DNA of 63,657 bases, counting the filler, from Chiloscyllium plagiosum (lineage: Eukaryota): NCBI RefSeq assembly GCF_004010195.1. It is 4 parts of one record of this genome, joined end to end, with 100 filler letters (N's around TTAATTAATTAA, not from the genome) between each part and the next. Parts side by side here need not be neighbours in the genome. Positions count along the whole stretch, not along the records: positions 12,560 to 27,253 come from NC_057713.1; positions 27,354 to 56,513 come from NC_057713.1; 2 more parts are not named here. One strand, given 5' to 3'. The position numbers were made by a program, and so were the translations under genes. The stretch's first letter is position 1, and each line of letters starts with the position of its first letter. This document shows positions 25,731 through 38,569 of this stretch, piece after piece. Under the pieces are notes generated by a model that worked only from the letters and a program-made list of their open reading frames with translations, made no database searches and was not told where the DNA came from.

Positions 25731-26493
25731 AATGGAAGAATCAAGAATTATGGAGAAAATACAGGAATGAGGACATAAAGAAAGTGGGATCACCTGTGAT
25801 GGGTGGAGCAGGCGTGAGGTGGTAAATGTTTCAACTTATGTTTCTATTTTTTATGGTGTTATAGATAATAGAAATGGCCCCTTCTGTGTTGAAACAAATC
25901 TGATTTTGTGGTTATATATTTTTCTATTTGTTGCTGAATCTGTTGCAATTTTATTTCTCTATTCCCTTATAGAACTTTCTGCTGCAGTATGTCTAATGTC
26001 TATTCATTTAACTTTATGACTTTCTTGTGGTGCTTCTTGATAACTTTCAGGATATATCCAGAAATTTTGCACCACCAATTAAAAATAATCTGTTTTAATT
26101 GACCTATTTCTTTACATTTAATTTGTATTGAATTCACAATTCAAACAGTGAATATAGTTCCTTCGACACTACCCAAATCTGAACCTGATTCTCTGAGTAT
26201 GTGTACAAGGAACTGAACTCGAGAAAGATGCGTGTCATTGGCACGTTGTTGATAGTCTCGGATTTTAATAGTCATAAAAGATTTAGAAGTGATGAATGTC
26301 ATCATTGAAAAAAAATGACAATAGTTATCCTGTAGGAAAAAAATACCACTTGATGGGCAGAAGTCTTGAAATTCTTGTGATTGCCTAAGTACTTAATGTC
26401 TTACTGCAATAAGATAGGATTGGTGTTTAGTTTCTTACAACTCATTTCCTCAATCATTTTGAAAATAATGCATATTACCTTTCTATATTGTAG

Positions 26494-26572
26494 ATGGATA
26501 CCTTCACTATTGAGGCAGTTACTCTGGGAATGCTTAAAAAGATTATAATTGGCCATGACAGTATGAAAGCAG
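26494..26572 (+). CDS. RP1: Host gene exon C: middle of a PLAT repeat (not in the ORF track)
   Basis: ttctatattgtag| acceptor, |gtactg donor; phase-0 start continues exon B; MDTFTIEAVTLGMLKKIIIGHDSMKA(G) matches PLAT 'D.F.IEAV.LG.L.KI.IGHD'. Confidence 0.85.
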
Positions 26573-26888
26573 GTACTGTAAGATTTATCCATGTTTGAAC
26601 ATTTACTTGCTATTACAGGGAAATAAAACTGAGACATTCATGATTGCTATTTCCAATGGCTATAGGCAAAAAAACTGTCAACTTTGAGAAGAGTTTGAAA
26701 TTTACAGACCACTGAGAGGCTGGAATAGAGTGGGCATGAAAGAAGATGTTTCCACTGTTAGGATACACTAGGACTCGAGAGCACATCCTCAATGTGAAGG
26801 GATGACCATTTAGAACTGAGATGAGGATGAATATCTTCAACTACAGGGTGGTGAATCGGTGGAACACATTGCTGATTTGATTTGATTT

Positions 26889-27253
26889 ACATAGAACATT
26901 ACAGCGCAGTACAGGCCCTTCGGCCCTCGATGTTGTGCCGACCTGTCATACCAATATGAAGCCCATCTAACCTACACTATTCCATGCTTGTCCACCCACA
27001 TGCTTGTCCAATGACGACTTAAATATATTTAGAACATAGAACATAGAAGAATACAGCGCAGTACAGGCCCTTTGGCCCTCGATGTTGTGCAAATCCAAGC
27101 CCATCTAACCTACACTAGCCCACTATCCTCCATATGCCTATCCAATGCCCGCTTAAATGCCCATAATGAGGGAGAGTCCACCACTGCTACTGGCAGGGCA
27201 TTCCATGAACTCACGACTCGCTGAGTAAAGAACCTATCCCTAACATCTGTCCT
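26889..27253 (-). mobile_element. Two CR1 3' ends in tandem ((atagaac)n tails), ending at a gap
   Basis: 26889-27025 resembles 55941-56070; 27030-27203 is the near-exact reverse complement of 56614-56790. Confidence 0.8.
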
Positions 27254-27353
27254 NNNNNNNNNNNNNNNNNNNNNNNNNNNNNNNNNNNNNNNNNNNNTTA
27301 ATTAATTAANNNNNNNNNNNNNNNNNNNNNNNNNNNNNNNNNNNNNNNNNNNN
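27254..27353. other. Assembly gap with artificial linker
   Basis: 44 N + TTAATTAATTAA + 44 N. Confidence 0.95.
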
Positions 27354-27822
27354 GAAGGATGTGGAAGCTTTGGAGAGGGTGCAGGGAAGATTTACCAGGA
27401 TGTTGCCTGGAATGGAGAGGAAGTCGTACGAGGCTAGGTTGAGAGTTCTCGGCCTTTTCTCGTTGGAACGGCGAAGGATGAGGGGTGACTTGATAGGGGT
27501 TTATAAGATGATCAGAGGAATAGATAGAGTAGACAGTCAGAGACTTTTTCCCCGGGTACAACAGAGTGTTACAAGGGGACATAAATTTAAGGTGAAGGGT
27601 GGAAGGTATAGGGGAGATGTCAGGGGTGGGTTCTTTACCCAGAGAGTGGTGGGGGCATGGAATGCGCTGCCCGTGGTAGTGGTAGAGTCGGAATCATTGG
27701 CGACCTTTAAGCGGCATTTGGATAAGTACATGGATGGGTACTTAATCTAGGTTAGAAGTTCGGCACAACATCGTGGGCCGAAGGGCCTGTTCTGTGCTGT
27801 ATTGTTCTATGTTCTATGTTCT
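27354..27822 (+). mobile_element. Young CR1 ORF2 3' end
   Basis: Intact ORF 27361-27750 (ALERVQ.RFTRMLPG...RGDLI...WNALP), tail (gttctat)n. Confidence 0.9.
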
Positions 27823-29927
27823 AAATATCTCAGCAAGAGGCCCAGCAATAACTTCTCTAGCTTCCCACAGAGTTCTCCGTACACATGATCAGGTCATGGG
27901 GATTTATCCACCTTTTTCCATTTCAAGACATCCAGCACTTCCTCCTCTGTAATATGGACATTTTGCAATATGTCACCATCTATTTCCCTATAGTCTATAT
28001 CTTCCAAATCCTTTTCCACAGTAAATACTGATGCAAAATACTCGTTCAGTGTCTCTCCCATTTTCTGTGGCTCCACACAAAGGCCGCTTTTCTGATCTTT
28101 GAGAGGCCTTATTCTCTCCCTAGTTACCCTTTTGGCCTTAATGTATTTGTAAAAACCCTTTGGATTCTCCTTAATTCTATTTGCCAAAGCTATCTCATGT
28201 CCCCGTTTTGCCCTCCTGATTTCCCTCTTAAGTATACCCCTACTTCCTTTATACTCTTCTAAGGATTCACTCGATCTATCCTGTCTGTAACTGACATATG
28301 CTTTCTTCTTTTTCTTAACCAAACTCCCAGTTTCTTTCGTCATCTAGCATTCTCTATACTTACCAGCCTTTCATTTCACCCTGATAGGAATATACTTTCT
28401 CTGGATTCTCGTTATCGCATTCCTGAAGGCTTTCCATTTTCCAGCCATCCCTTTACCTGCGAACATCTGCCCCCAATCAGCTTTTGAAATTTCTTGTCTA
28501 AACCCGTCAAAATTAGGCTTTTTCCAATTTAGAACTTCAACTTTTAGATCTGATCTGTCCTTTTCCATCACTATTTTAAATCTGATGGAATTACGGTCAC
28601 TGGCCCCAAAGTGCACCCCCACTGACACCTCAGTCAACTACCCTGCCTTATTTCCCAAGCGTAGATCAAGTTTTGCACCTTCTCTAGTAGCTACATCCAC
28701 ATACTGAATCAGAAAATTTTCTTGTACACACTTAACAAGTTCTTCTTCATCTATGTTTGGAAAATTAAAATCCCCTACAATAACCACCCTATTATTCTTA
28801 CAGATAGCTGAGATCTCCTTACAAGTTTGTTTCTCAATTTCCCTCTGACTATTAGTGGGTCTATAATACAATCCCAATAATGTGGTCATCCCTTTCTTAT
28901 TTCTCAGTTCCACCTAAATAACCTCCTGGATGTATTTTCAGGAATATCCTCCCTCAGCACAGCTATAATGCTATCCCTTATCAAAATTGCCACTCCCCCT
29001 CCTGTCTTGTATCCTGGAACATTAAGCTGCCAGTCCTGCCCATCCCTGAGCCATATTTCTGTAATTGCTATGATATCCCATGTTCCTAACCATGCCCTGA
29101 GTTCATCTGCCTTCCCCATTAGGCCCCTTGAATTGAAACTGAGCTGAAAATGTGTTGCTGGAAAAGCGCAGCAGGTCAGGCAGCATCCAGGTTACAGGAG
29201 AATCGACGTTTCGGGCAAAAGCCCTTCTTGAAGAAGGGCTTATGCCCGAAACGTCGATTCTCCTGTTCCCTGGATGCTGCCTGACCTGCTGCGCTTTTCC
29301 AGCAACACATTTTCAGCTCTGATCTCCAGCATCTGCAGACCTCACTTTCTCCCTTGAATTGAAATAAATGCAGTTTAATTTATTAGTCCTACCTTGTCCC
29401 TGCCTGCCCTGACTGTTTGACTCTCTTCTGTTCTCAACTGTACCAATTTCAGATTGATCTCCGTCCCCATTATCTACCTGGGTCACACCCCCCCCACCTT
29501 ACTAGTTTAAATCCTCCCGAGCAGCTCTAGCAAATCTCCCTGGCAGTATATTAGTCCCCTTCCAATTTAGGTGCAATCCGTCCTTCTTGTACAGGTCACT
29601 TCTACCCCAAAAGAGTTTCCGATGATCCAAAAATGTGAATCTTTCTCCCATACACCAGCTCCTCAGCCATGCATTCATCTGCTCTATCCTCCTATTCCTG
29701 CCCTCACTAGCTCGTAGCACCAGGAGTAATCCAGATATTGCCACTCTCGAGGACCTCCTTTTTAAATTCCTGTCTAACTCTCTGTAATCTCCCTTCAGAA
29801 TCTCAATCTTTTCCCTTCCTGTGTCGTTGGCTCCAATGTGGACAATGACCTTTTGCTGGCTCTCTCCCCTTTGAGAACATTCCGTACCCTCTCTGAGACA
29901 TCCTTGATCCTGGCACCAGGGAAGCAT
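27823..29927 (-). mobile_element. CR1/HER1 LINE: ORF1 esterase end plus ORF2 endonuclease region
   Basis: HIGAND..., DGLHLN (29502-29927); DIIAITE.WL, VGDFNFP, LDL.LGN (28371-29119); KENPKGFYKY (27894-28343). Confidence 0.9.
29139..29350 (+). mobile_element. Short palindromic PLE-derived element
   Basis: Inverted arms 29141-29319, tail 29320-29352, 14-bp TSD cccttgaattgaaa at 29125-29138 and 29351-29364; centre cttcttgaagaagggcttatgcccgaaacgtc. Confidence 0.9.
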
Positions 29928-30395
29928 TGACCAGAAACTGAACTAGGCCTAGTCATATAAATACAGTGGCTACAAGAGCAAGTCAGAGTCTAGGAATCCA
30001 TCCATGAGTAAGCCACCTCTTGATTCCTCAATGCCTGCCCACCTTTAAGGCACAAGTCAGGAGTGTGATGGCATACTCCATACTTGATTGTATGAGCTCC
30101 AGTGACACCTAAGAAGCTTTACAAGGCAAGTTACCCACTTGATTGATACCACATCCAAAAGCATCCACTTCGTCCAACATGGAAGCTCAGCAGAAGTATG
30201 TAGAGGATGCACTGTAGCAGCTGTAAGTCTCTTTTGGCAGCACATTCCAAACCTGTGACAACTACCAACCAGGAGGATAAAGGCAGCAGAAACATGGAAC
30301 ACCTTCAAGTCACTGAACATCCTGACTTGGAAATAAATCACTGTTCCTTCAGTGTTGCTGGTCCAAAATCCTGGAACTCACTCCTTAACAGTGGG
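29928..30395 (+). mobile_element. Older CR1-like LINE 3' end
   Basis: attgaccagaaactgaact...gtggctacaagagcaagtcagag...tcctggaactc, same family as 40300-40370. Confidence 0.6.
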
Positions 30396-30718
30396 TAATG
30401 TGATGTAAAGTGTGGAATTTAGAAATATTTTTAGATCATTTATTTTAGAATTTGGATTTTTGAACTAGTGGTATGCATGTTTTGATCTGTATATAATAAT
30501 GGAATTAAGCAGTTAAATTGTCAGTATTTCTTGAGCCATATTGGTTTAAACTCATATATATGAAAGGTAGACAGAGAGAGAGAGTCCCCAGCATGACAAT
30601 GTAGATTTGTTGTTGGAAGAGATTTACACGTGAATAGAATAAGTATTGAGGAGCATTATATTGTAATCTATTTATAAATGGAAAGTTAATTGTTTCAAGG
30701 ACAACTATGGATGGAGAA

Positions 30719-31027
30719 TTAGATTACATTACAGTGTGGAAACAGGCCCTTCGGCCCAATAAGTCCACACCGACCCGCCGAAGCACAACCCACTCATACC
30801 CCTACATTTACCCCTTACCTAAGGCTACGGGCAATTTAGCATGGCCAATTCACCTGACCTGCACATCTTTGGACTGTGGGAGGAAACCGGAGCACCCGGA
30901 GGAAACCCACGCAGACACGGGGAGAACGTGCAAACTCCACACAGTCAGTCGCCTGAGGCAGGAATTGAACCCGGGTCTCTGGTGCTGTGAGGCAGCAGTG
31001 CTAACCACTGTGCCACCGTGCCGCCCA
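30719..31027 (-). mobile_element. Young full-length HE1/V-SINE
   Basis: Reverse strand reads gggcggcacggtggcacagtggttagcactgctgcctc...gggttcaattcc (A/B boxes), V-domain, and taatctaa tail. Confidence 0.92.
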
Positions 31028-31126
31028 CAATTAAATGCTGGTCCAGTCATGGGAGTTTTAAATTTCTATTTTGACGGGAAAAATGAGATGAGTTCATGGA
31101 ACTTTTTTCAAATTAGTTTTATAACA

Positions 31127-33592
31127 GCATGTAGAAATAAGAAAGGGATGATCACATTATAGACCCCCCCCCCCAATAGACAGAGGGAAATTGAGAAACA
31201 AACTTGTATGGAGATCTCAGCTATCCTATCTGTAAGGATAATAGGGTAGTTATCATAGGGGATTTTAACTTTCCAAACGTCGACTGGGACTGCCATAGTG
31301 TTAAAGGTTTAGATGAAGAGGAATTTCTTAATTGTGTACAAGATAATTTTCTGATTCAGTATGTGGATGTACCTACTAGAAAAGGTGCAAAACTTGACCT
31401 ACTCTTGGGAAATAAGGCAGGGTAGGTGACTGAGGTGTCAGTGGGAGAGCACTTTGGGACCAGCGACCATAATTCTATTCGTTTTAGAATAGTGATGGAA
31501 AAGGATAGACCAGATCTAAAAGTTGAAGTTCTAAATTGGAGAAAGGCCAATTTTGACAATATTAGGCAAGAACTTTCAAAAGCTGATTGGAGGCAGATTT
31601 TCGCAGGTAAAGGGACAGCTGGAAAATGGGACGCCATCAGAAATGAGATAACAAGAATCCATAGAAAGTATATTCCTGTCAGGGTGAAAGGGAAGGCTGG
31701 TAACTATCGGGAATGCTGATGACTAAAGAAATTGAGGGTTTGGTTAAGAAAAAGAAGGAAGCATATGTCAGGTACAGACAGGATAGATTGAGTGAATCCT
31801 TAGAAGAGTATAAAGAAAGTAGGAGTATACTTAAGAGGGAAATCAGGAGGGAAAAACGGGGACATGAGATAGCTTTGGCAAATAGAATTAAGGAGAATCC
31901 AAAGGGTTTTTACAAATATATTAAGGACAAAAGGGTAACTGGAGAGAGAATAGGGCCTCTCAAAGATCAGCAAGGTGGCCTTTGTGTGGGGCCACAGAAA
32001 ATGGAGGAGATACTAAATGAATATTTTGCATCAGTATTTACTGTGGAAAAGGATTTGGAAGATATAGGTTGTAGGGAAATAGATGGTGACATATTGCAAA
32101 ATGTCCATATTACAGAGGAGGAAGTGCTGGATGTCTTGAAATGGTTAATGGTTGATAAATCCCCGGGGCCTGATCACGTGTACCTGAGAACTCTGTGAGA
32201 AGCTAGAGAAGTGATTGCTGGGCCTCTTGCTGAGATATTTGTATCATCGATAGTCACAGGTGAGGTGCCGGAAGACTGGAGGTTAGCAAATGTGGTGCCA
32301 CTGTTTAAGAATGGTGGTAAAGACAAGCCAGGGAACTATAGGCCGATGAGCCTGAACTCGGTGGTGGGCAAGTTGTTGGAGGGAATCCTGAGGGACAGGA
32401 TGCGCATGTATTTGGAAAGGCAAGGACTGATTCGAGATAGTCAACATGGCTTTGTATGTGGTAAATCATGTCTCACAAACTTGATTAGCAAGGTTAGATC
32501 TCATGGAATACAGGGAGAGCTAGCCATTTGGATACTGAACTGGCTCAAAGGTAGAAGACAGAGGGTGGTGGTGGAGGGTTGTTTTTCAGACTGGAGGCCT
32601 GTGACCAGTGAAGTGCCACAAGGATCGGTGCTGGGCCCTCTACTTTTTGTTATTTACATAAATGATTTGGATGCGAGCATAAGAGGTATAGTTAGTAAGT
32701 TTGCAGATGATACCAAAATTGGAGGTGTAGTGGACAGTGAAGAGGGTTACCTCAGATTACAACAGGATCTGGACCAGATGGGCCAATGGGCTGAGAAGTG
32801 GCAGATGAAGTTTAATTCAGATAAATGCGAGGTGCTGCATTTTGAGAAAGCAAATCTTAGCAGGGCTTATACGAGGGAGTGTCACTGAACACAGAGACCT
32901 TGGAGAGCAGATTCGTAGCTCCTTGAAAGTGGAGTCGCAGGTAGATAGGATAGTGAAGAAGGCGTTTGGTATGCTTTCCTTTATTAGTCAGAGTATTGAG
33001 TACAGAAGTTGGGAGGTCATGTTGTGGCTGTACAGGACATTGGTTAAGCCACTGTTGGAATATTGCATGCAATTCTGGTCTCCTTCCTATCGGAAAGATG
33101 TTGTGAAACTGGAAAGGGTTCAGAAAATATTTACAAGGATGTTGCCAGGGTTGGAGGATCTGAGCTGTAGGGAGAGGCTGAACAAGCTGGGCCTGTTTTC
33201 CCTGCTGCGTCAGAGGCTGAGGGATGACCTTATAGAGGTTACAAAATTATGAGGGGCATGGATAGGATAAATAGACAAAGTCTCCCCTGGGGTCGGGGAG
33301 TCCAGAACTAGAGGACATAGGTTTAGGGTGAGAGGGGAAAGTTATAAGAGACCTAAGAGGCAATGTTTTCACGCAGAGGGTGGTACGTGTATGGAATGAG
33401 CTGCCAGAGGATGTGGTGGAGGCTGGTACAATTGCAACATTTAAGAGGCATTTGGATGTATATATGAATAGGAAGGGTTTGGAGGGATATGGGCCGGGTG
33501 CTGGCAGGTGGGACTAGATTGGGTTGGAATGTCTGGTCGCCGTGTACGGGTTGGACTGAAGGGTCTGTTTCCATGCTGTACATCTCTATGAC
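31127..33592 (+). mobile_element. CR1/HER1 LINE ORF2 (APE end + RT) with stops and internal deletions
   Basis: Consecutive ORFs 31204-33252: GDFNFP, SDHN, KSPGPD, NYRP.SL, PQGSVLGP, FADDTK, LEYC.QFWSP; tail ctctatgact. Confidence 0.93.
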
Positions 33593-34175
33593 TTGTAGAG
33601 ACAACTAGAGAGCAGGCAGTACCAGATCTGATAGTGAGCAGTGAGATCAGTGATGGTGCTCTCAGATAGTAGTGACTGTAATATGATTGAATTTAACATT
33701 CTGTTCAAGGAAGAGAGGAGTGGTTTTAAGACTATTTCTTCAAATTTAAATGAGAGTAGTTACAAGGGCTTGAAAGCAGAAAATATCCAAAGTAAATTGA
33801 CAAATTAGATTAAAGGATAGGTCAGTAGAGATGCTGCAACAGTCATTTAAGGGGATGTTTCAGCATGTACAAAATGGATAAATTCCAAAGAGTGTGAAAA
33901 ATTCCAAGAATGGACTGAACATCTGTGGTTAACTAGAAATGTTAAAGGCTGTATCAAAGAGCACATAATTGTTCAACGACAGGCGACATGTCAAAGAGTA
34001 GACAGAACATACCAAACAGCAAAGAAAGCTTGAGTGAGCTGCCATGTTGTGAGCAAAGGGGCAATTTCTAGAAGGATATTGATAAAAAGCCATATCAAAG
34101 GTATGGAACATTATGGAAAATAAAAGCTGTTGGTGTAGCATATTAGTATATATAAAAGATTGCTTGGTAATAAAT

Positions 34176-34522
34176 CATAGAATCCTTACAGTGTGAAAAC
34201 AGTCCAATTGGTCCAACAGGTCCACACCGAACCCCCGAAGAATAACCCACCCAGACCCATTCCCCTATCCTATTACTCTATATTTATCCGTGACTAATGC
34301 ACCTAAGCTATATATCACTGAATACTATCGGCAATCTAGCATGGCCAATTCAATTAACCTGGGCATTTTTGGATTGTGGGAGGAATCTGGAGCACCCAGA
34401 GGAAACCCACACAGATATGGGGAGAATGTGCAAACTCCACACAGACAATCACTTGAGGCTGGAATCAAATCGAGGTCCCTGGTGCTGTGAGGCAGCAATG
34501 CTAATCACTGAGCCACTGTGCT
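34176..34522 (-). mobile_element. HE1/V-SINE
   Basis: Full tail-to-head sequence in reverse orientation. Confidence 0.85.
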
Positions 34523-34824
34523 GCAGTGAATAGGTCAGTAGAGATACCAAAAGTAGAGAACAGCCGTAAGTAGTTTTTTCTCAGGTTAACATGAAGGAAC
34601 ATGTGGTGTTTCACAGGAATCAGTTCTGAAACCTCAACTGTTCACAATTTATGACTTGGTGAAGGCAGAGAAGGTACAGTTGTCAACTTGTCTAATGATA
34701 TAAAGATGGATAAAAAAGTTAATTTTGAAGAGGACATAATCAGGCCAGAAAAGGAGAAAGTGAGTTGGAAAATATGGGAATTAGAGTATAATGTGGCAAA
34801 CTGTGAAATTGTCCATTTTAACAG

Positions 34825-37075
34825 GTAGAGGGCCCTACTTGAGAGGGTGCAAAACTGGACCTCCTCTTGGGAAATGAGGTTCGACAAGTGTCTGAAGTGT
34901 CTTTGGGATCAGTGACCATAACTCTCTTAACTTTAGCATAGTTATGAATAAAGGTAGGACAGGTCCACGGGTTAAGTTGCTAAAATCGAGCAGCGCCATT
35001 AGGCAGGATCTAGCAGAGGTCGATTGGGTGAGTCTGTTTGAAGGAAAGGTAATGACTGGCAAATGGGATGCTTTTAAAAGTGTGATATCAAGAGTCCAGA
35101 GGAAGTATGTCCCTGTTCGGATGAAGGGATAAGCTGTCAGGTTTAGGGTTCCCTGGCTGATGAGGGATATGGAGGCTCTGGCCAAGAAAAGGAAGAAGGT
35201 ATACATTACATTTAAGCCAATAGTCTCAAGAAAGTCCCGAGATGGCTATAAAAAGTGTAGGAGCACACTTAAGCGGAAAATCAGGAGTAAAAAGAGGGTA
35301 TGAGATGTACCTGGCAAATAGGTTTAAAGATCCCAAGAGGTTCTTTAGTTATATCAAGAGCACAAAAGTGGCTAGAGAGAATGGGTCCTCTTAAAGGTCA
35401 GCATGGCTGTATATGTGTGGAGCCACAGGAGATTGGGGAGATTTTTAATGATTATTTCTCCTCAGTGTTTACTAAGCAGAGAATCATGGATGCTAAGGAA
35501 ATAAGAAACAAGTGGGGATGTTTTGGATTGTATACATATTACCAGAGAGGAGGTGTTTGCAGCCTTAAGGTGCATTAAGATGGATTAATCTCCTGGGTCT
35601 GATCAAGTCCATCCTCTGACATTTTGGGAGGCTAGGGAAGAAATTGCTGAGACCCTTGCAGAGATCTTTGCTTCATCCTTTGCCACTGGTGAAGTTCTGG
35701 AAGGGTGGCTAATGTTATTTAATTTTTAAAGAAAGGTAGCAAAGGTAGCAAAGATATCAGTGGTAGGCAAGTTGTTGGAGAGGATGCTGAAGGACAGGAG
35801 CAACCAACATTTGGATCGGCAGGATCTGATTAGAGAGGGTAGACATGGATCTGTATGCAGGAAGTCATGTCTGACAAATCTTTTTTGAAGAGGTAACCAA
35901 GAGGACAAATGAGGATTGAGCAGTGGATCTTGTCTATATGGACTTTAGTAAGTTCTTTGACAAGGTCCCGCATGACAGGCTAGTCATGAAGGTTGGATCA
36001 CATTGGTTTTAGGGAGAGCTAGCTAATTGGATTCAAAATTGGCTCGATGGTAGGAGGCAGTGATGATTGAAGGTTTTTTCTCAGACTGGAGGCCTGTGAC
36101 TAGTGGTGCGCCACAGGGTCACTTTTATTATTTGTTACTAATATAATTGGTCTGGATATGGATACAAGGCATAATTAGTAAGTTTGCGGATGATACAACA
36201 TCAGAAGACATCATTGATAGCGAGGAAGGTTATCAAAAATTACAGGTGGGGAAATGGGAAGTGAGCTGAGGATTGGCAAATGCAAATCAAATTCAACTCA
36301 GATAAGTGTGATGTGTTGCATTTTGGAAAGTCAAACCAAGGTAGGACTTATACAGTAAATGGTAAGGTTCTGAGGAATGTTGTGGAGCAGAGGGACCTAG
36401 GAGTACAAGTACACAGTTCTTTGAAAGCAGAGTCACAGGTAGACAGGATGATGAAGAAGGCATTTAACATGCTGGCCTTCATCAGTCGAGACATTGAGGT
36501 TAGGAGTTGGACATTATGTTACGATTGTATGAGTCATTGGTGAGGCTACACATTAAGTATTGTGTACAGTTTTGGTCTTCCTGTTTTAGAAAAGACATAG
36601 TTAAACAGAAAAGAGAGCAAAGAAGATTTATGAGGATGTTGCTAGGATAGTAGGCTAGAGCTATCGGGAGAGGTTGGTCAGGATAGGACTTTATTCCTTG
36701 GAGTGTAGGAGAATGAGGGGTGACTTTATTGAGGTGTATAAAACCATGAGGAGCATAGATAGGATGAATGCATGGGGTGAGGAATTGAAAACAAAAAGAC
36801 ATAGGTTTAAGGTGAAAGGGGCAAGGTTTAAGAAGGACCTGAGGGGCAACTGCTTCACAGAGAGTGATATGCTTATGGAATGGGCTGCCAGAGAGAATGA
36901 TTGAGGCAGGTACAACAGCAACATTTTAAAAAAAAATTTGGATAGGTACACAGATGGGCAGCGTTTAGAGGGATATGGACCAAATGGGGACAATTGAAAA
37001 TAGCTCAGTGGGCACCATTGTCAGCATGGGCTAGTTTGAGCTGAAGGGCCATGCTGTATTACTCTATGACTCTAT
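34825..37075 (+). mobile_element. CR1 ORF2, degenerate
   Basis: LDLLLGN, SDHN, KFADDT, KCDVLHFG..EQRDLGVQVHSSLK, RRMRGDFIEVYK pieces; tail (ctctatga)n. Confidence 0.85.
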
Positions 37076-38569
37076 AACAGCAAGTTAAAAAAAGGAAGAA
37101 TCTTTTCTAAATGGTAGAGATTGCAAAACTTTGAGATGAAGAATAATCGGGTGTTCTCATGCATGAATTGCAAAATATTAGTTTGCAGATACGGAATACT
37201 CAGTAAAACTAATAGAATGTTATGATTTCTTGTGAATGTCAATGAATACAAAAGCAAGGAGATTTTCTTTCAATTATGCAACACACTAGTGAGGCAGTGT
37301 TTGAATTCTTGTGCACAATATTAGTCATAAGGTGTTGGAGTCAGTTCAGAGAACCTCTACCAGACTAATATCTGTACTGAGTTGGTTATCTGTGAGAAAA
37401 TGTTGAACAAGCCAGGCTTGTATCTGCTGGAGTTAAGAAGAATAAGAGGTGAAACATACATGTTCTTGAGAGGTTATGACAGGGTAAGTGTGGAGATGAT
37501 GTTTCCTCGTCTTTGAGAATCTAAAATAGGTGTCACTTTAAAAACCAGGGATCTCCCATTTCAGACAGGTGAGCAGAACTTTTTTTTCTCAGAGCATCAT
37601 CGAACTTTGGAACTGTCTTCCTGTTAAGGTCATAGAAGCAGAATCCATGGATGATTTTAAGGCGGTGGTAGACAGACTCCGTTTAAGCAAAGGAGTGAAA
37701 AGTTAAGGTTACAATCAGATCAACCATGATCTTACTAGACGGCAGAGCTAGAAAGGCTGAACTGAGGGGCTTAATGTCATATTCCTCCTAATTTATATGC
37801 ACATTTGTAAGTGCTATATAAATACATTTTTTTTCTAAGACTGTTTTGCTGTTTGACAAGTGATTGCCAATTGAGGCATTTTCAGTCATGGGGCCTCTCT
37901 CTGCTATTTACAACCACCCAAAACAAAATTTCTTCTAAATGAAACATGGTATCATGCATTGCCAAAATGTCAGATGTTCAGAAGAATGGTCAGTCTGGTG
38001 TTTTCACAAATGATTACTTCTGGTATCTTGTGGTATTTTCTACCTCTACCAGTATGTAATCCTGAATAAGATAGTTTGTTCTTACAAATCCTTCTATGCT
38101 TTTGTTTTGTCTTGGGTCATCTAATGGTTAGTGATAGAGGTACACCGCCAGAGAATATCTACAGAAGGAGCATTTTTTAGATAACAAGAAGGTCTATTGA
38201 GTAGAACATTTGGTCAAGCACTACCTAGAACTAGGGGTCACCAGTGATCATGCGTTTGAAACCGATGAACAGATTTCTTTTCTCGGAGGATTGTGAGACT
38301 TTGACATTGTCTTTCTGAAAGGCTGCAGGTGATATATTTGGATTTTCAGAAGGCTTTTGATAATACCCTTCATAAGAGGTTGTATGCAACGTTAAAGAAC
38401 ATGGGCTGGGGATATTATGTTAGAATGGATTGGGAAATCGTTGACAGGTAGGAAACAGAGACTGAGAATAAATAGGACTTTTTTTTCTGAATGGCAGACA
38501 GTGATTAATGGGGTACTACAAGGATCAGTCCTAGGATCCTTGTTTGCAATATATAAAAATGACCTGAAT

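Noticed and set aside
30960..31027. tRNA-like A/B boxes
   Set aside because: SINE heads continuous with the V-domain; not complete tRNA genes.
30707..31162. Recurrent 'WPIHLTCTSLDCGRKPEHPEETH' ORFs
   Set aside because: Antisense translation of HE1/V-SINE copies.
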